From: a virus
Direction: 5' to 3' (one strand)
Length of the DNA stretch: 64,000 nt
IMG/VR virus record: IMGVR_UViG_3300033149_003115
Span: 32,001-96,000 of that record
Positions 28,387-37,811 of this stretch are shown here, piece by piece (the first letter of the stretch is position 1; each line of letters opens with the position of its first letter). The translations under genes were made by a program, and so were the position numbers. The notes under the pieces are model-generated. The model did no database searches. It was given only the letters and a program-made list of their open reading frames with translations, and was not told the origin of the DNA.

Positions 28387-30975
28387 ATGAGGCTCTGCCT
28401 GACCAATATAGACTACAAGATAGAGGACAATGCTCCAGTTGTTTACATGTTTGTGAGGGACATAGAGGGGAATAGGTACATCATTAGAGACAATAGCTTT
28501 GAGCCTTATTTCTATATTAGAGAGAAAGACTACAATGTCTTGAGACTGGATGACAAGAGGAGAGGGTGCATTAAGAGAGTTGAGAAGGGGAACTTCAAGC
28601 TCTTAAGGGCTAGTAGAAGAGGAGTGAAGATAGTAACTTATTTACCTGGTCAGGTCAGGGAGCTCAGGAACTGGTTACACTCTATGAGGGATAGGAGGGA
28701 GCATCCCAGAGGGATAGAGACGTATGAAGCTGATGTGTTGTTTGTCTATAGATACCTTATAGATAGGAAGATCATCAATGGGGTGGAGATAGATGACAAG
28801 TATTTCAGGATATGTAAAGACCTTGGATATATCCCCTGGAGTGATGAATATTGTGGACCAGCAAATGTTGAGTTCTCCAGGGTTAGATGTTTGTTTATAG
28901 ATATTGAGGTCACAGACGGGATCCCCAAAGAGGGGTACACATCCCCAGTGACCGTGATAGGGACTTATGACTCTTTCACCAGACAATACCATGTGTTCTA
29001 TTGGAGGGGATCCCATTATTCTATCTCATCTGATCATATCATATACAGCAGATCAGAGGATGGCATGTTTGTTAGGTTCTTGGAGTATGTTAGCAAGATA
29101 AACCCAGATCTTATCCTCTCCTTTACCAAGTTTGACATGTTGTATCTTATCAAGAGGATGAGAAAGATCAGGCTAGATCCCTCAGTGTTATCTCAGATAG
29201 GGACAGTGAAGTGTTATGACAAGATGGAGAGAGTGAGCATAGGTGGTGTTGAGTACATAGACCTGGGACAGGTGTACAAGAAGGTGGTGAGAGGACAGAA
29301 ATGGGAGACTCTGGATGCTATCTCTAACAGGGAGCTAGGGTATGGTAAGAAGAGGCTAAGCAAGGGTGATATATACTCTACCTGGATACATGATTATAGG
29401 AGTGTGTTACTCTATAACCTCAGAGATGTGTTCTTGATCAAGAAGCTAGATGAAAAGCTTGATCTTGTGGATTACTTGGATGTTATCAGGAGAATAGTGG
29501 GGTGTAGGTTCAATGATGCTATGTTTGCAGCTAGAGTGGCTGATATCCTCTACCTGAGGTTGCTAAATGGGAAGCTAGCCTTGTTCTCTAGACCTATGGA
29601 GAGAGCTAAAAGAGGGTACCTGGGAGCAATGGTGTACACAGCTAAGAAAGGTATTTACGATCATGTTGTGTGTCTGGACTATAGGTCATTGTACCCCTCT
29701 ATCATCAGGGCTTACAACATTGGCTATAACACCTATGATCCGATAGCTGGGGATATAGTGATAGCTGAGAACTACAAGTACAGGAGTGATGTCCAGAGCT
29801 GGACTGTTAAGATATTAAATGATCTAAGTCCTCTCCTGGATGAGAACAAGAGAGAGATAGAGAAAGCTAAGAAGGCTAAGGACTTTGCTGAGGTTAAGAG
29901 ACTAAAGAGAAGACGTATGGCTCTGAAGTCTATTGTAAATGGTATCTATGGCTTCTATGGGTATGCAGGGAACCCAGATGAGCATCACCCAGCTGCTAGG
30001 TTATATTCATCCGACATAGCAGAGTCTATCACAGTAGCAGCTAGGAAGCTACTAGAGAAGACATGGAGCATAGTCGGGGATCTGGGGTATGAAATGGTGT
30101 ACTCTGACACAGACTCAGTATTTGTCAAGCTAAAGGGGACTGATAACTACATGGATGAGAGCATGGAGCTTAAAGACAAGATAGAATCCAGGTTGTGGAG
30201 CTATATCAGGGAAAGATGGAGGATAGACCCTTCTAACTTCATACTAGACCTGGAGGATGTCTATAAGAAATTTGTGATATTGACTAAGAAGAGATATAGT
30301 GCTCTGACCATAGATGGGGATAGAATAAACAAGGGACTGGAGATAGTCAGGAGGGATCAATCAGATCTGACGGTGGAGACCCAGAAGGGGTTACTGGATC
30401 TGATCCTTAAGGATGCTCCAGTATCCAGGATTAGGGAGTTTGTCAAGGGACAGATAAGGAAGCTAGACACTGAGCCATTGGAAAGGGTGGGGATAGCTGC
30501 TATGCTTCAACAGAGGAGGGACAGCTACACCAGTGCAGTTATCCATCTCAAGGCATTTGAATTTGCTAATCAGGTGTTGAAGCTCGATCTAGAGGAGGGT
30601 GAGAGGTTCTATTATATCTTCATCAAGCCATACAAGCTAAAGAGAGTGAGGATAAGGATCAGGCTGAGCAGCCCAGTCATGAGCTCTCAGGGAGAGATCT
30701 ATGATGTGGTGAGCGATGAGGGCAAAGGGTACCAGAATAAGAAGATAGCTCACATCACCAGGGACATTATCAGTGATGTGGCTGGGTTCAGATCATCATC
30801 TGATCTTGAGAGAGCTCCTGGGATAGTTGTGGACAAGGAGAGGTTATTGGATCGTACTATAAAGAGCAAAGTGGAGGATCTCCTAGATCTGGTGGGTTTA
30901 TCATGGAGTGAGATATTAGATGAGACAAGGAACCAAAAGAGATCAAGGCTTGACTACTATTTCTCATCAAGCTAA
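28387..30975 (+). CDS. polB: family B DNA polymerase
   Basis: Exo DIE, FD; LDYRSLYPS, KSIVNGIYG, YSDTDS, KKRY; PIP-like RSRLDYYF. Confidence 0.95.
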   Translation: MRLCLTNIDYKIEDNAPVVYMFVRDIEGNRYIIRDNSFEPYFYIREKDYNVLRLDDKRRGCIKRVEKGNFKLLRASRRGVKIVTYLPGQVRELRNWLHSMRDRREHPRGIETYEADVLFVYRYLIDRKIINGVEIDDKYFRICKDLGYIPWSDEYCGPANVEFSRVRCLFIDIEVTDGIPKEGYTSPVTVIGTYDSFTRQYHVFYWRGSHYSISSDHIIYSRSEDGMFVRFLEYVSKINPDLILSFTKFDMLYLIKRMRKIRLDPSVLSQIGTVKCYDKMERVSIGGVEYIDLGQVYKKVVRGQKWETLDAISNRELGYGKKRLSKGDIYSTWIHDYRSVLLYNLRDVFLIKKLDEKLDLVDYLDVIRRIVGCRFNDAMFAARVADILYLRLLNGKLALFSRPMERAKRGYLGAMVYTAKKGIYDHVVCLDYRSLYPSIIRAYNIGYNTYDPIAGDIVIAENYKYRSDVQSWTVKILNDLSPLLDENKREIEKAKKAKDFAEVKRLKRRRMALKSIVNGIYGFYGYAGNPDEHHPAARLYSSDIAESITVAARKLLEKTWSIVGDLGYEMVYSDTDSVFVKLKGTDNYMDESMELKDKIESRLWSYIRERWRIDPSNFILDLEDVYKKFVILTKKRYSALTIDGDRINKGLEIVRRDQSDLTVETQKGLLDLILKDAPVSRIREFVKGQIRKLDTEPLERVGIAAMLQQRRDSYTSAVIHLKAFEFANQVLKLDLEEGERFYYIFIKPYKLKRVRIRIRLSSPVMSSQGEIYDVVSDEGKGYQNKKIAHITRDIISDVAGFRSSSDLERAPGIVVDKERLLDRTIKSKVEDLLDLVGLSWSEILDETRNQKRSRLDYYFSSS

Positions 30976-31186
30976 TCCTAACATAGTGATCACATATCTT
31001 GATCTTGATGACTATCCACACCCTAAGCTTGATCTATCACCACCATACACTTACTCGTTAATATCTTATTGTTATGAGTGTAAAAAGAAGTTCAAGCCTA
31101 ATGATAAGATTATATGGTATAGAGATTTTAAAGACATCTATAGACCCTACTGCTCTATGAGATGTCTAGTCAAGCATATTCTTTAA
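30920..31186 (+). CDS. TRASH-like Zn-finger protein
   Basis: CYEC...YCSMRC; ends LVKHIL. Confidence 0.5.
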   Translation: MRQGTKRDQGLTTISHQANPNIVITYLDLDDYPHPKLDLSPPYTYSLISYCYECKKKFKPNDKIIWYRDFKDIYRPYCSMRCLVKHIL

Positions 31187-31240
31187 AGCTAAGGATATAT
31201 TCCTCTTTTCTTATTTTAGATCACACTAGAGGAGAATAAT

Positions 31241-31426
31241 ATGCCTAAACCCTTGTATAAATATTCTATGTGGTTATGTCCTCAATGTGGTAAAGAGCTA
31301 AGTGTCTCTAGTGTCAAGTATCATAAAATAGACAATGGTGTGTTCAAGAGTGATAAGGTGATAATAGAGACTACTTATGAGTGTAAAGTATGTGGGTGGT
31401 CTTACTGGGAATCAGAGGAGGTATAG
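31241..31426 (+). CDS. zinc-ribbon protein
   Basis: CPQCG...CKVCG. Confidence 0.65.
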   Translation: MPKPLYKYSMWLCPQCGKELSVSSVKYHKIDNGVFKSDKVIIETTYECKVCGWSYWESEEV

Positions 31427-31428
31427 AC

Positions 31429-31767
31429 ATGGAGACCAGGGTTCTTCTTAAGGAGTACTTTAAGGATAAGATAGTGAAGGATAAGAAATGTCCTTATTGT
31501 GACCAAGTGTCATTAGTCTTACAAAGGGATGTTGACTACCACACATTACGTTCTTACTACTGGTGTACTGAGTGTGGATTTGCTATAAGCTCTTACTTAT
31601 TAGATAACCCTGAACATGCTGAGGATGCTTTGAAAGTAGCTGTGGAATGGTATAACGAGCTATTGGAGAAAAAGAAGGGGTTAGAAAGAAGCTTAGGGTA
31701 TGTAACTGACAGGCTAAGGAGAGCTGGTAAGAAGGTACTGAGATCAGTGGTGATCGATGAGCTATGA
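31429..31767 (+). CDS. zinc-ribbon/coiled-coil protein
   Basis: CPYC...CTECG; start after GGAGGT; ends VVIDEL. Confidence 0.65.
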   Translation: METRVLLKEYFKDKIVKDKKCPYCDQVSLVLQRDVDYHTLRSYYWCTECGFAISSYLLDNPEHAEDALKVAVEWYNELLEKKKGLERSLGYVTDRLRRAGKKVLRSVVIDEL

Positions 31768-31973
31768 CCAGGTGCGAGTCCTGTGGATCTTTCTTTAATG
31801 GGAGGGGATCCAACAATCTATGCTTAAGGTGCTTCCTGAAGGTTCTGGAACATTTCCCATTCTTGAAACATCTGTTGTACTCATCTGATGAGCTCTTTGA
31901 TCTATACTTTACCACTTATTATGATGAGCCAGTTGACAAGATCAGAAAAATGATAATAGCTGAAATACTGTAG
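31764..31973 (+). CDS. small Zn-finger protein
   Basis: CESCG...CLRC; ends IIAEIL. Confidence 0.6.
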   Translation: MTRCESCGSFFNGRGSNNLCLRCFLKVLEHFPFLKHLLYSSDELFDLYFTTYYDEPVDKIRKMIIAEIL

Positions 31974-32031
31974 TAAAGATATATTAAGGGTATGTAAGTT
32001 AGAGATTAGGTGTAGGAGTTGATCTTTAGCT

Positions 32032-33105
32032 ATGGATGATGTTGTTAGAGAGATAAAAAAGAGATACTGGAAAGAAATAAGTAAGAAGGCTAATGTGAAT
32101 AGTTTTAGTGGTAAGCTGAGACCACGTGAGAGGAATAATAAAACAATTCCTAACACCAGAGTGTTTAGAGTGTATGTGGAAAAGAAAGAGCCTCTAGATA
32201 AGCTTAGAACTAAGGACATAATACCTGAGAGACTTTCACTTGGGTCTGATGAGATAGAGGTGGATGTTGTTCCCATTGGTCGTATTAGGTACATGGATGA
32301 GCCTGAAGAGGGGGGTACTAAGCCAGAGGATCATCAAAAGAGACACAGACCCATACTAGCTGGTGTTTCTTGTACTCATTTTCAGTCTCCAGCCTGTACT
32401 TTGAACTGGTTCTTTAAGAGGAAGGTGAGAGACTCTTCCACTGGACCTATATACCAGATATTAATAGCTGGGAATAACCACTGCTTTGGAAGAGAGAATG
32501 ATGCCAGAGTGGGTGATCCCATACTACAACCATCTCCAAATGATAAAGGGGACTATGCTAAAGATCAGGTAGGATCTTTCCTCTTCAATGTAGAGACTAA
32601 GTTTGCTAGCTTCAAGTGTCCTGCTAGGAACTCATTGTATAAGGTGTATAGAGGACTTTATCACTTAGCTCACCTTAGACCTTTAGAGCCTGTGAATAAA
32701 GTGGACATAGCTTTTGCTATACCAAATGACAACATCGAGATCGAGTACAGGATCCTGGGGATAGATGGGAGGGTTATAAAGACATCTAGAGAGCATCATG
32801 AGAACACTTTTGTGTATAAGAGTGGGAGGACTTCTGGGGTCACTAGCTTCACTATTATAGATAATACCTGGAATGGATATGTTGAGGGTAGAAGAGGGAA
32901 GGCATATTACGAGGATTGTGTACTATGCTATGGAGTGTGTAAGGGAGGGGATAGTGGTAGCCCAGTGGTTAGCAAGGTCAGTGTAGGAGGAACCCCAGCT
33001 CTGATGTATCATGGAGCCTTGTTTGCAGGATCACAGACTCACATGGTGTATTGTAAGGTGGAGAACATAGAGAAGGAGGCAGGTGTGAGGGCTATCACTT
33101 ATTAG
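32032..33105 (+). CDS. trypsin-like (S1) serine protease with prodomain
   Basis: NNHC, VDIA, KSGRTSG, GGDSGSP. Confidence 0.85.
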   Translation: MDDVVREIKKRYWKEISKKANVNSFSGKLRPRERNNKTIPNTRVFRVYVEKKEPLDKLRTKDIIPERLSLGSDEIEVDVVPIGRIRYMDEPEEGGTKPEDHQKRHRPILAGVSCTHFQSPACTLNWFFKRKVRDSSTGPIYQILIAGNNHCFGRENDARVGDPILQPSPNDKGDYAKDQVGSFLFNVETKFASFKCPARNSLYKVYRGLYHLAHLRPLEPVNKVDIAFAIPNDNIEIEYRILGIDGRVIKTSREHHENTFVYKSGRTSGVTSFTIIDNTWNGYVEGRRGKAYYEDCVLCYGVCKGGDSGSPVVSKVSVGGTPALMYHGALFAGSQTHMVYCKVENIEKEAGVRAITY

Positions 33106-33152
33106 AAAGTGATAAATAGTCGTGAGAGGGATAGAATAAAGAGGAGATTGAC

Positions 33153-33368
33153 ATGAGTGAAGAGGTTATTGAGGAAAAGAGCAAAGCTGACATGATTATA
33201 GAGACAATATCCAAGTCCACTGGTGCTGTGGTGGTGTTTTGCTATCTAGTGACCATATTCGCTGTCTTGCTAGGACTGGGGTATATTGATCAGTCTCTAT
33301 TCAAAGAGCTAGTATTGAGTGGAGCATTGGTCTCAGCTGTTCTTAGACTCTTAAAGAATGAAAAGTGA
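33153..33368 (+). CDS. small two-TM protein (holin-like)
   Basis: Two hydrophobic helices, charged termini. Confidence 0.5.
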   Translation: MSEEVIEEKSKADMIIETISKSTGAVVVFCYLVTIFAVLLGLGYIDQSLFKELVLSGALVSAVLRLLKNEK

Positions 33369-33375
33369 TAGGTAA

Positions 33376-34770
33376 ATGAGGATAACACGTAGAAAGCTAG
33401 CTCCTCCAGAGGAAAAAGAGCATAGTGTGATGGAGCTAGTCAGATCAGCTAATGCCAGGGACAGAGCCCTGATGTGGACTCAGCTAGAGGAGAGAATAAA
33501 GTCAACAGTCTCCAGCTCTCAGCTAGAGACTCTTTTTCACTCTGATGGGTTAACCTTCAGAGAGGTGTATGATTATGTTGATTTCATAGTGGGACCAGGG
33601 TTCTACTTTGAAGGTGATCCCAAGCTGGTGAGGATATGTGATGAATGGAGTGATCTTGTGAGGCTTAAGAGAATACTGGAGGAGTGTGTCAAGGACATAC
33701 TGGTGGGAGGAGCTGGTAATGCATGGGTGGAGCTAGGATACAATGAGAGAGGGAGTGATATCCTAGCTCTCAGGATTCTTAACCCTAAGACGATGGACTA
33801 TATCAGGGATGATGCTAGTAAGAATGTCCTGATAGATGATGATGGTGAGCCACTGGGGTATAGGAGGATCAAGGATCAGATAAATGAGATGGAGTGGAGG
33901 AAAGACAGGATCACCAGAGATGGTGGTGTCATTTGGAGAGCTCCTCCAGGTCAGGATGGTAGGGACAGAATAGCTCATTTCAAGCTATTTGGGATAGGGG
34001 AGTCCTACCTGGGACAATCACCCCTGGAGACAGCTTACAAGCAGGCTATTATCAGGCTTAACCTCGAGGATAATGTCGGAGAGGGAGGGTACAGATCAGG
34101 AGGCATTGTAGCTTATGTTGGCAATGAGAAGTTCCCAAAGCCTTCTCCTAATATCATAGACAAGATAGTGGAGGATCTGAGAAATGTCACCACCCAGTCA
34201 GTGTTTGGGTTTCCTCACTTTGTCAAGCTGGATAGGCTACCATCCCCTGATCTGAGTGGTAGGGATGAGCTAATATTGTACTTTGCATCTATACAGTCCA
34301 TAGCTATGGGGATACCCATCACCAGACATCTACACACCACATCTGGGAGGTTAGCTGCTAAGGTGTCAGCTGATATGAACCTGGACTTTGAGCAGCGTAT
34401 AGCCTCTTTACAAGATAGACTGGCTGAGCAGGTGAGGGAGAAGCTGTTGTTTAGAATGTTGAAAGCTAGGAGACTAGTGAGCAAGTATAACGAGGTACCC
34501 AAGATGATATTTAGGAGCAAAGCTCCACATCTATTGGAGAAGCTAGTGAACATGTTGTCCAGGCTTGGAAGGAGAGACCTGGTACGTAGAGATCCAGAGC
34601 TAGAGAAGAGAGTGAGAGAGGAACTTGGACTACCAACATCCTTCGTGGATAAGGAGCTGGAGGACTGGAGAGCTAGGGGATCAACCCCAAGATCCTCAAA
34701 AGGCAAGCAGGACATTGATGTTGATGAGATAGCTGAGGCAGTCATTGAGCATTTAGAAGAGTCTGAGTAG
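33376..34770 (+). CDS. portal protein
   Basis: GNAWVE...LNPKTM...IAHFK...YLGQSPLE pattern typical of tailed-virus portals. Confidence 0.75.
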   Translation: MRITRRKLAPPEEKEHSVMELVRSANARDRALMWTQLEERIKSTVSSSQLETLFHSDGLTFREVYDYVDFIVGPGFYFEGDPKLVRICDEWSDLVRLKRILEECVKDILVGGAGNAWVELGYNERGSDILALRILNPKTMDYIRDDASKNVLIDDDGEPLGYRRIKDQINEMEWRKDRITRDGGVIWRAPPGQDGRDRIAHFKLFGIGESYLGQSPLETAYKQAIIRLNLEDNVGEGGYRSGGIVAYVGNEKFPKPSPNIIDKIVEDLRNVTTQSVFGFPHFVKLDRLPSPDLSGRDELILYFASIQSIAMGIPITRHLHTTSGRLAAKVSADMNLDFEQRIASLQDRLAEQVREKLLFRMLKARRLVSKYNEVPKMIFRSKAPHLLEKLVNMLSRLGRRDLVRRDPELEKRVREELGLPTSFVDKELEDWRARGSTPRSSKGKQDIDVDEIAEAVIEHLEESE

Positions 34771-34772
34771 GG

Positions 34773-34952
34773 ATGAGCAAGCTTGACTGTTGCTACTGTC
34801 ACAAGCCTATTCAGGACAACAAGAGGTACTTTGTGTTGATACTAAGACAGAAGGGGACCTATGGCAACGAGCTTAGACTGAACTTTTGTAGCTTCAAGTG
34901 CTTGGAACATGTTATTAACAACCCAGCTGTCATCATCACTGAGATCCTCTAA
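34773..34952 (+). CDS. TRASH-like Zn-finger protein (59 aa, not in ORF track)
   Basis: MSKLDCCYCHKPI...FCSFKCL...VIITEIL. Confidence 0.65.
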   Translation: MSKLDCCYCHKPIQDNKRYFVLILRQKGTYGNELRLNFCSFKCLEHVINNPAVIITEIL

Positions 34953-34967
34953 GAGGAGAGTGTCTTT

Positions 34968-37055
34968 ATGCGTTATGTGAGAAAGAGAGATGGTAAGCTA
35001 GAGTCCTTTGATAAGGAGAGGATATGTAAAGCTATTTGGAAGGCTAGTGAAGCTGTGGGTAACCCCAGTAAGGACTTTGCTTATCAGCTAGGAGATCAAG
35101 TGGTTAAAGAGCTAGAGTCCAGGTTCGGGAATGATGGAGTACCAACAGTGGAGGAGATACAGGACACTGTAGAGAGGGTACTAATTAGACGTAATTTGAG
35201 AAGGATGGCTAAGGCTTATATTCTGTATAGAGAGCAACATAAGGAGCTTAGAGATCTAGCTTCATCTCTAAATGGTATAGACTTAATTGATAGCTATCTT
35301 AGAAAGCTTGATTGGAAGGTCAATGAGAATAGTAATATGACATATAGTCTACAAGGACTAAACAACTATATCTCAACAGAGATCACTAAGACATATTGGT
35401 TAAACAGAATATACCCAGAGAGTATTAGACAAGCTCATTTATCAGGTGATTTTCATATACATAATTTAAATCTAATTAGTGTTTATTGTGTTGGGTTTGA
35501 TCTGTATGATGTGTTATTGACTGGGTTTAAAGGAGCTGTTGATAAGATATCATCTTCTCCAGCTAAACATTTTAGATCAGCTTTAGGACAGATAGTCAAC
35601 TTCATGTATACTCTTCAAGGAGAAGCAGCTGGAGCTATAGCCTTTAGTAATATTGACACTTTGTTGTCACCATTTATCAAATATGATAAGCTAACCTATA
35701 AACAAGTGGAACAATCATTACAAGAGTTCATGTATAATATGAATGTACCAACTAGAGTGGGTTTCCAAACTCCATTCACTAATATAACCTTGGATCTGGT
35801 GGTTCCTCCATACTTTAAGAACTCTCCTTCTCTTATAGGGGGTAAAGCTAATGGTGAAGTATATGGTGAGCTCCAGAATGAGGTAACTTTATTCAATAAA
35901 GCATTATTTTCATTATATTATAAGGGAGACAGCTCAGGTAGACCTTTTACTTTCCCTATACCCACTTATAACATATCTAAGTCCTTTAGATGGGATAATG
36001 AGGACTTAGAAGGACTATGGGCTGTTACAGCTAAATATGGAGTTCCATACTTTGCTAATTTTGTTAGCTCTGATATGAAGCTAGAAGATTCTCGTTCTAT
36101 GTGCTGTCGCCTTAGACTTGATCTTAGTAAGCTAGAGAAGAAGGGAGGAGGCTACTTTGGAGCTAACTCTCTCACTGGATCCATTGGAGTAGTCACCCTT
36201 AATCTACCTAGACTAGGGTATACTTCTAAAAATGAGGATGAATTTGTAGAAAAGCTACTAGAACTTGCTAGCTTGGCTAAGGATAGCTTGGAGATTAAAC
36301 GTAAAGCTCTGGAGAGATTTACAAAGTATAATCTTTATCCATATACTAAGTTCTACTTAAGATCAGTAAAAGAGAGATTTGGTAAGTACTGGCAGAATCA
36401 CTTTAGTACTATAGGACTAGTTGGGATGAATGAAGCTCTGTTGAACTTGATGAATGTTGATATAGGGACTAAGGAAGGAGTTAAATTCACTATTAAGATA
36501 TTGAAGATATTAAGAGAAGAGCTTGTAAAATATCAGGAGAAGACTGGTAATTACTATAACTTGGAAGCTACCCCAGCTGAGTCCACTTGTTATAGGCTAG
36601 CTATATTGGATAGAGAGAAATTTGGTGATTGTTATTTTGCTAATGGTAAAGGACATGAAGCTAAAGATCCATTCTATACTAACTCCACTCAGCTACCAGT
36701 CAACTACACCGATGATATCTTTGAAGCATTAGAGCTACAAAATGAGATACAATCACTTTATACTGGTGGTACAGTGATGCATCTATTCCTGGGGGAACAA
36801 ATACGTGATCATAATATGGTCAAGAAATTGATTAAAAGAGTATGTAATAATTATAAAATACCATATTTGACCATCACTCCCACATTCTCAGTGTGTTCTA
36901 ATCATGGGTATATTAATGGAGAAGTGTCTAAGTGTCCTAAATGTGGTAAACAAACAGAGATATACTCAAGAGTGGTAGGGTACTTGAGACCAGTGTCACA
37001 ATGGAATAGAGGTAAGCAAGCTGAGTTCAAGCTACGTAAGACCTTCAGGGTATAA
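34968..37055 (+). CDS. nrdD: anaerobic (class III) ribonucleoside-triphosphate reductase with ATP cone
   Basis: VRKRDG ATP cone, SMCCRL, EATPAES, SRVVGYLRPV glycyl-radical motif. Confidence 0.95.
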   Translation: MRYVRKRDGKLESFDKERICKAIWKASEAVGNPSKDFAYQLGDQVVKELESRFGNDGVPTVEEIQDTVERVLIRRNLRRMAKAYILYREQHKELRDLASSLNGIDLIDSYLRKLDWKVNENSNMTYSLQGLNNYISTEITKTYWLNRIYPESIRQAHLSGDFHIHNLNLISVYCVGFDLYDVLLTGFKGAVDKISSSPAKHFRSALGQIVNFMYTLQGEAAGAIAFSNIDTLLSPFIKYDKLTYKQVEQSLQEFMYNMNVPTRVGFQTPFTNITLDLVVPPYFKNSPSLIGGKANGEVYGELQNEVTLFNKALFSLYYKGDSSGRPFTFPIPTYNISKSFRWDNEDLEGLWAVTAKYGVPYFANFVSSDMKLEDSRSMCCRLRLDLSKLEKKGGGYFGANSLTGSIGVVTLNLPRLGYTSKNEDEFVEKLLELASLAKDSLEIKRKALERFTKYNLYPYTKFYLRSVKERFGKYWQNHFSTIGLVGMNEALLNLMNVDIGTKEGVKFTIKILKILREELVKYQEKTGNYYNLEATPAESTCYRLAILDREKFGDCYFANGKGHEAKDPFYTNSTQLPVNYTDDIFEALELQNEIQSLYTGGTVMHLFLGEQIRDHNMVKKLIKRVCNNYKIPYLTITPTFSVCSNHGYINGEVSKCPKCGKQTEIYSRVVGYLRPVSQWNRGKQAEFKLRKTFRV

Positions 37056-37068
37056 GGGATAACATGGG

Positions 37069-37764
37069 ATGATCATATCAAGACTAAACCCTTTCACTCT
37101 TATTGACTACCCTGGTCATATAGCTTGTATACTGTTCACTCAGGGGTGCAATTTTCGATGTCCCTACTGTCAAAACCCTGAGCTAGTGGATCCCTCTAGA
37201 TATATCAATAACAATGTGGAAATTAACAAAGTCCGTAGCTTCTTACTGGGTAGAAAGGGGAAGCTAGATGGGGTGGTAATAACGGGAGGAGAACCAACCA
37301 TACACTCTGATCTACCAATGTTGTGTGAGATGATAAAGGACTTGGGGTATGTAATCAAGCTAGACACTAATGGGTATGAGCCCACCATGTTGTCTTACCT
37401 GATCAATAATCATTTGATAGACTATGTTGCTATGGACTACAAAGCCCCACTGGAGAAGTATCCGATGATCACTGGTAAGCTGAGGATGGATATTGGTAGA
37501 ATATCCCACTCTAAGTCAATAATCATGTCCAGCGGACTGAGGCATGAGTTTAGGACCACTGTGGTGAGGGAGCTACTAAGCCTGGAAGATCTGGTGAGGA
37601 TATCCAGTGAGATAAAAGGAGCTGATCTGTATGCCATCCAACGTTTTAAACCAGACAAGGTTCTGGATGATGATCTCAGGTATTGTAGCTCTTACTCAGC
37701 TGAGGAGATAGGATCCATCAGATCACTAATCTTAAATAATGTTAAAAAGCTGATAATAAGATAA
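37069..37764 (+). CDS. nrdG: class III RNR activating radical SAM protein
   Basis: GCNFRCPYCQNP, TGGEPT, LDTNG; adjacent to nrdD. Confidence 0.9.
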   Translation: MIISRLNPFTLIDYPGHIACILFTQGCNFRCPYCQNPELVDPSRYINNNVEINKVRSFLLGRKGKLDGVVITGGEPTIHSDLPMLCEMIKDLGYVIKLDTNGYEPTMLSYLINNHLIDYVAMDYKAPLEKYPMITGKLRMDIGRISHSKSIIMSSGLRHEFRTTVVRELLSLEDLVRISSEIKGADLYAIQRFKPDKVLDDDLRYCSSYSAEEIGSIRSLILNNVKKLIIR

Positions 37765-37811
37765 AGTATTTATAAAATAAAGTGTTTGATGAGGAAATAA
37801 GGTGAAATAGT

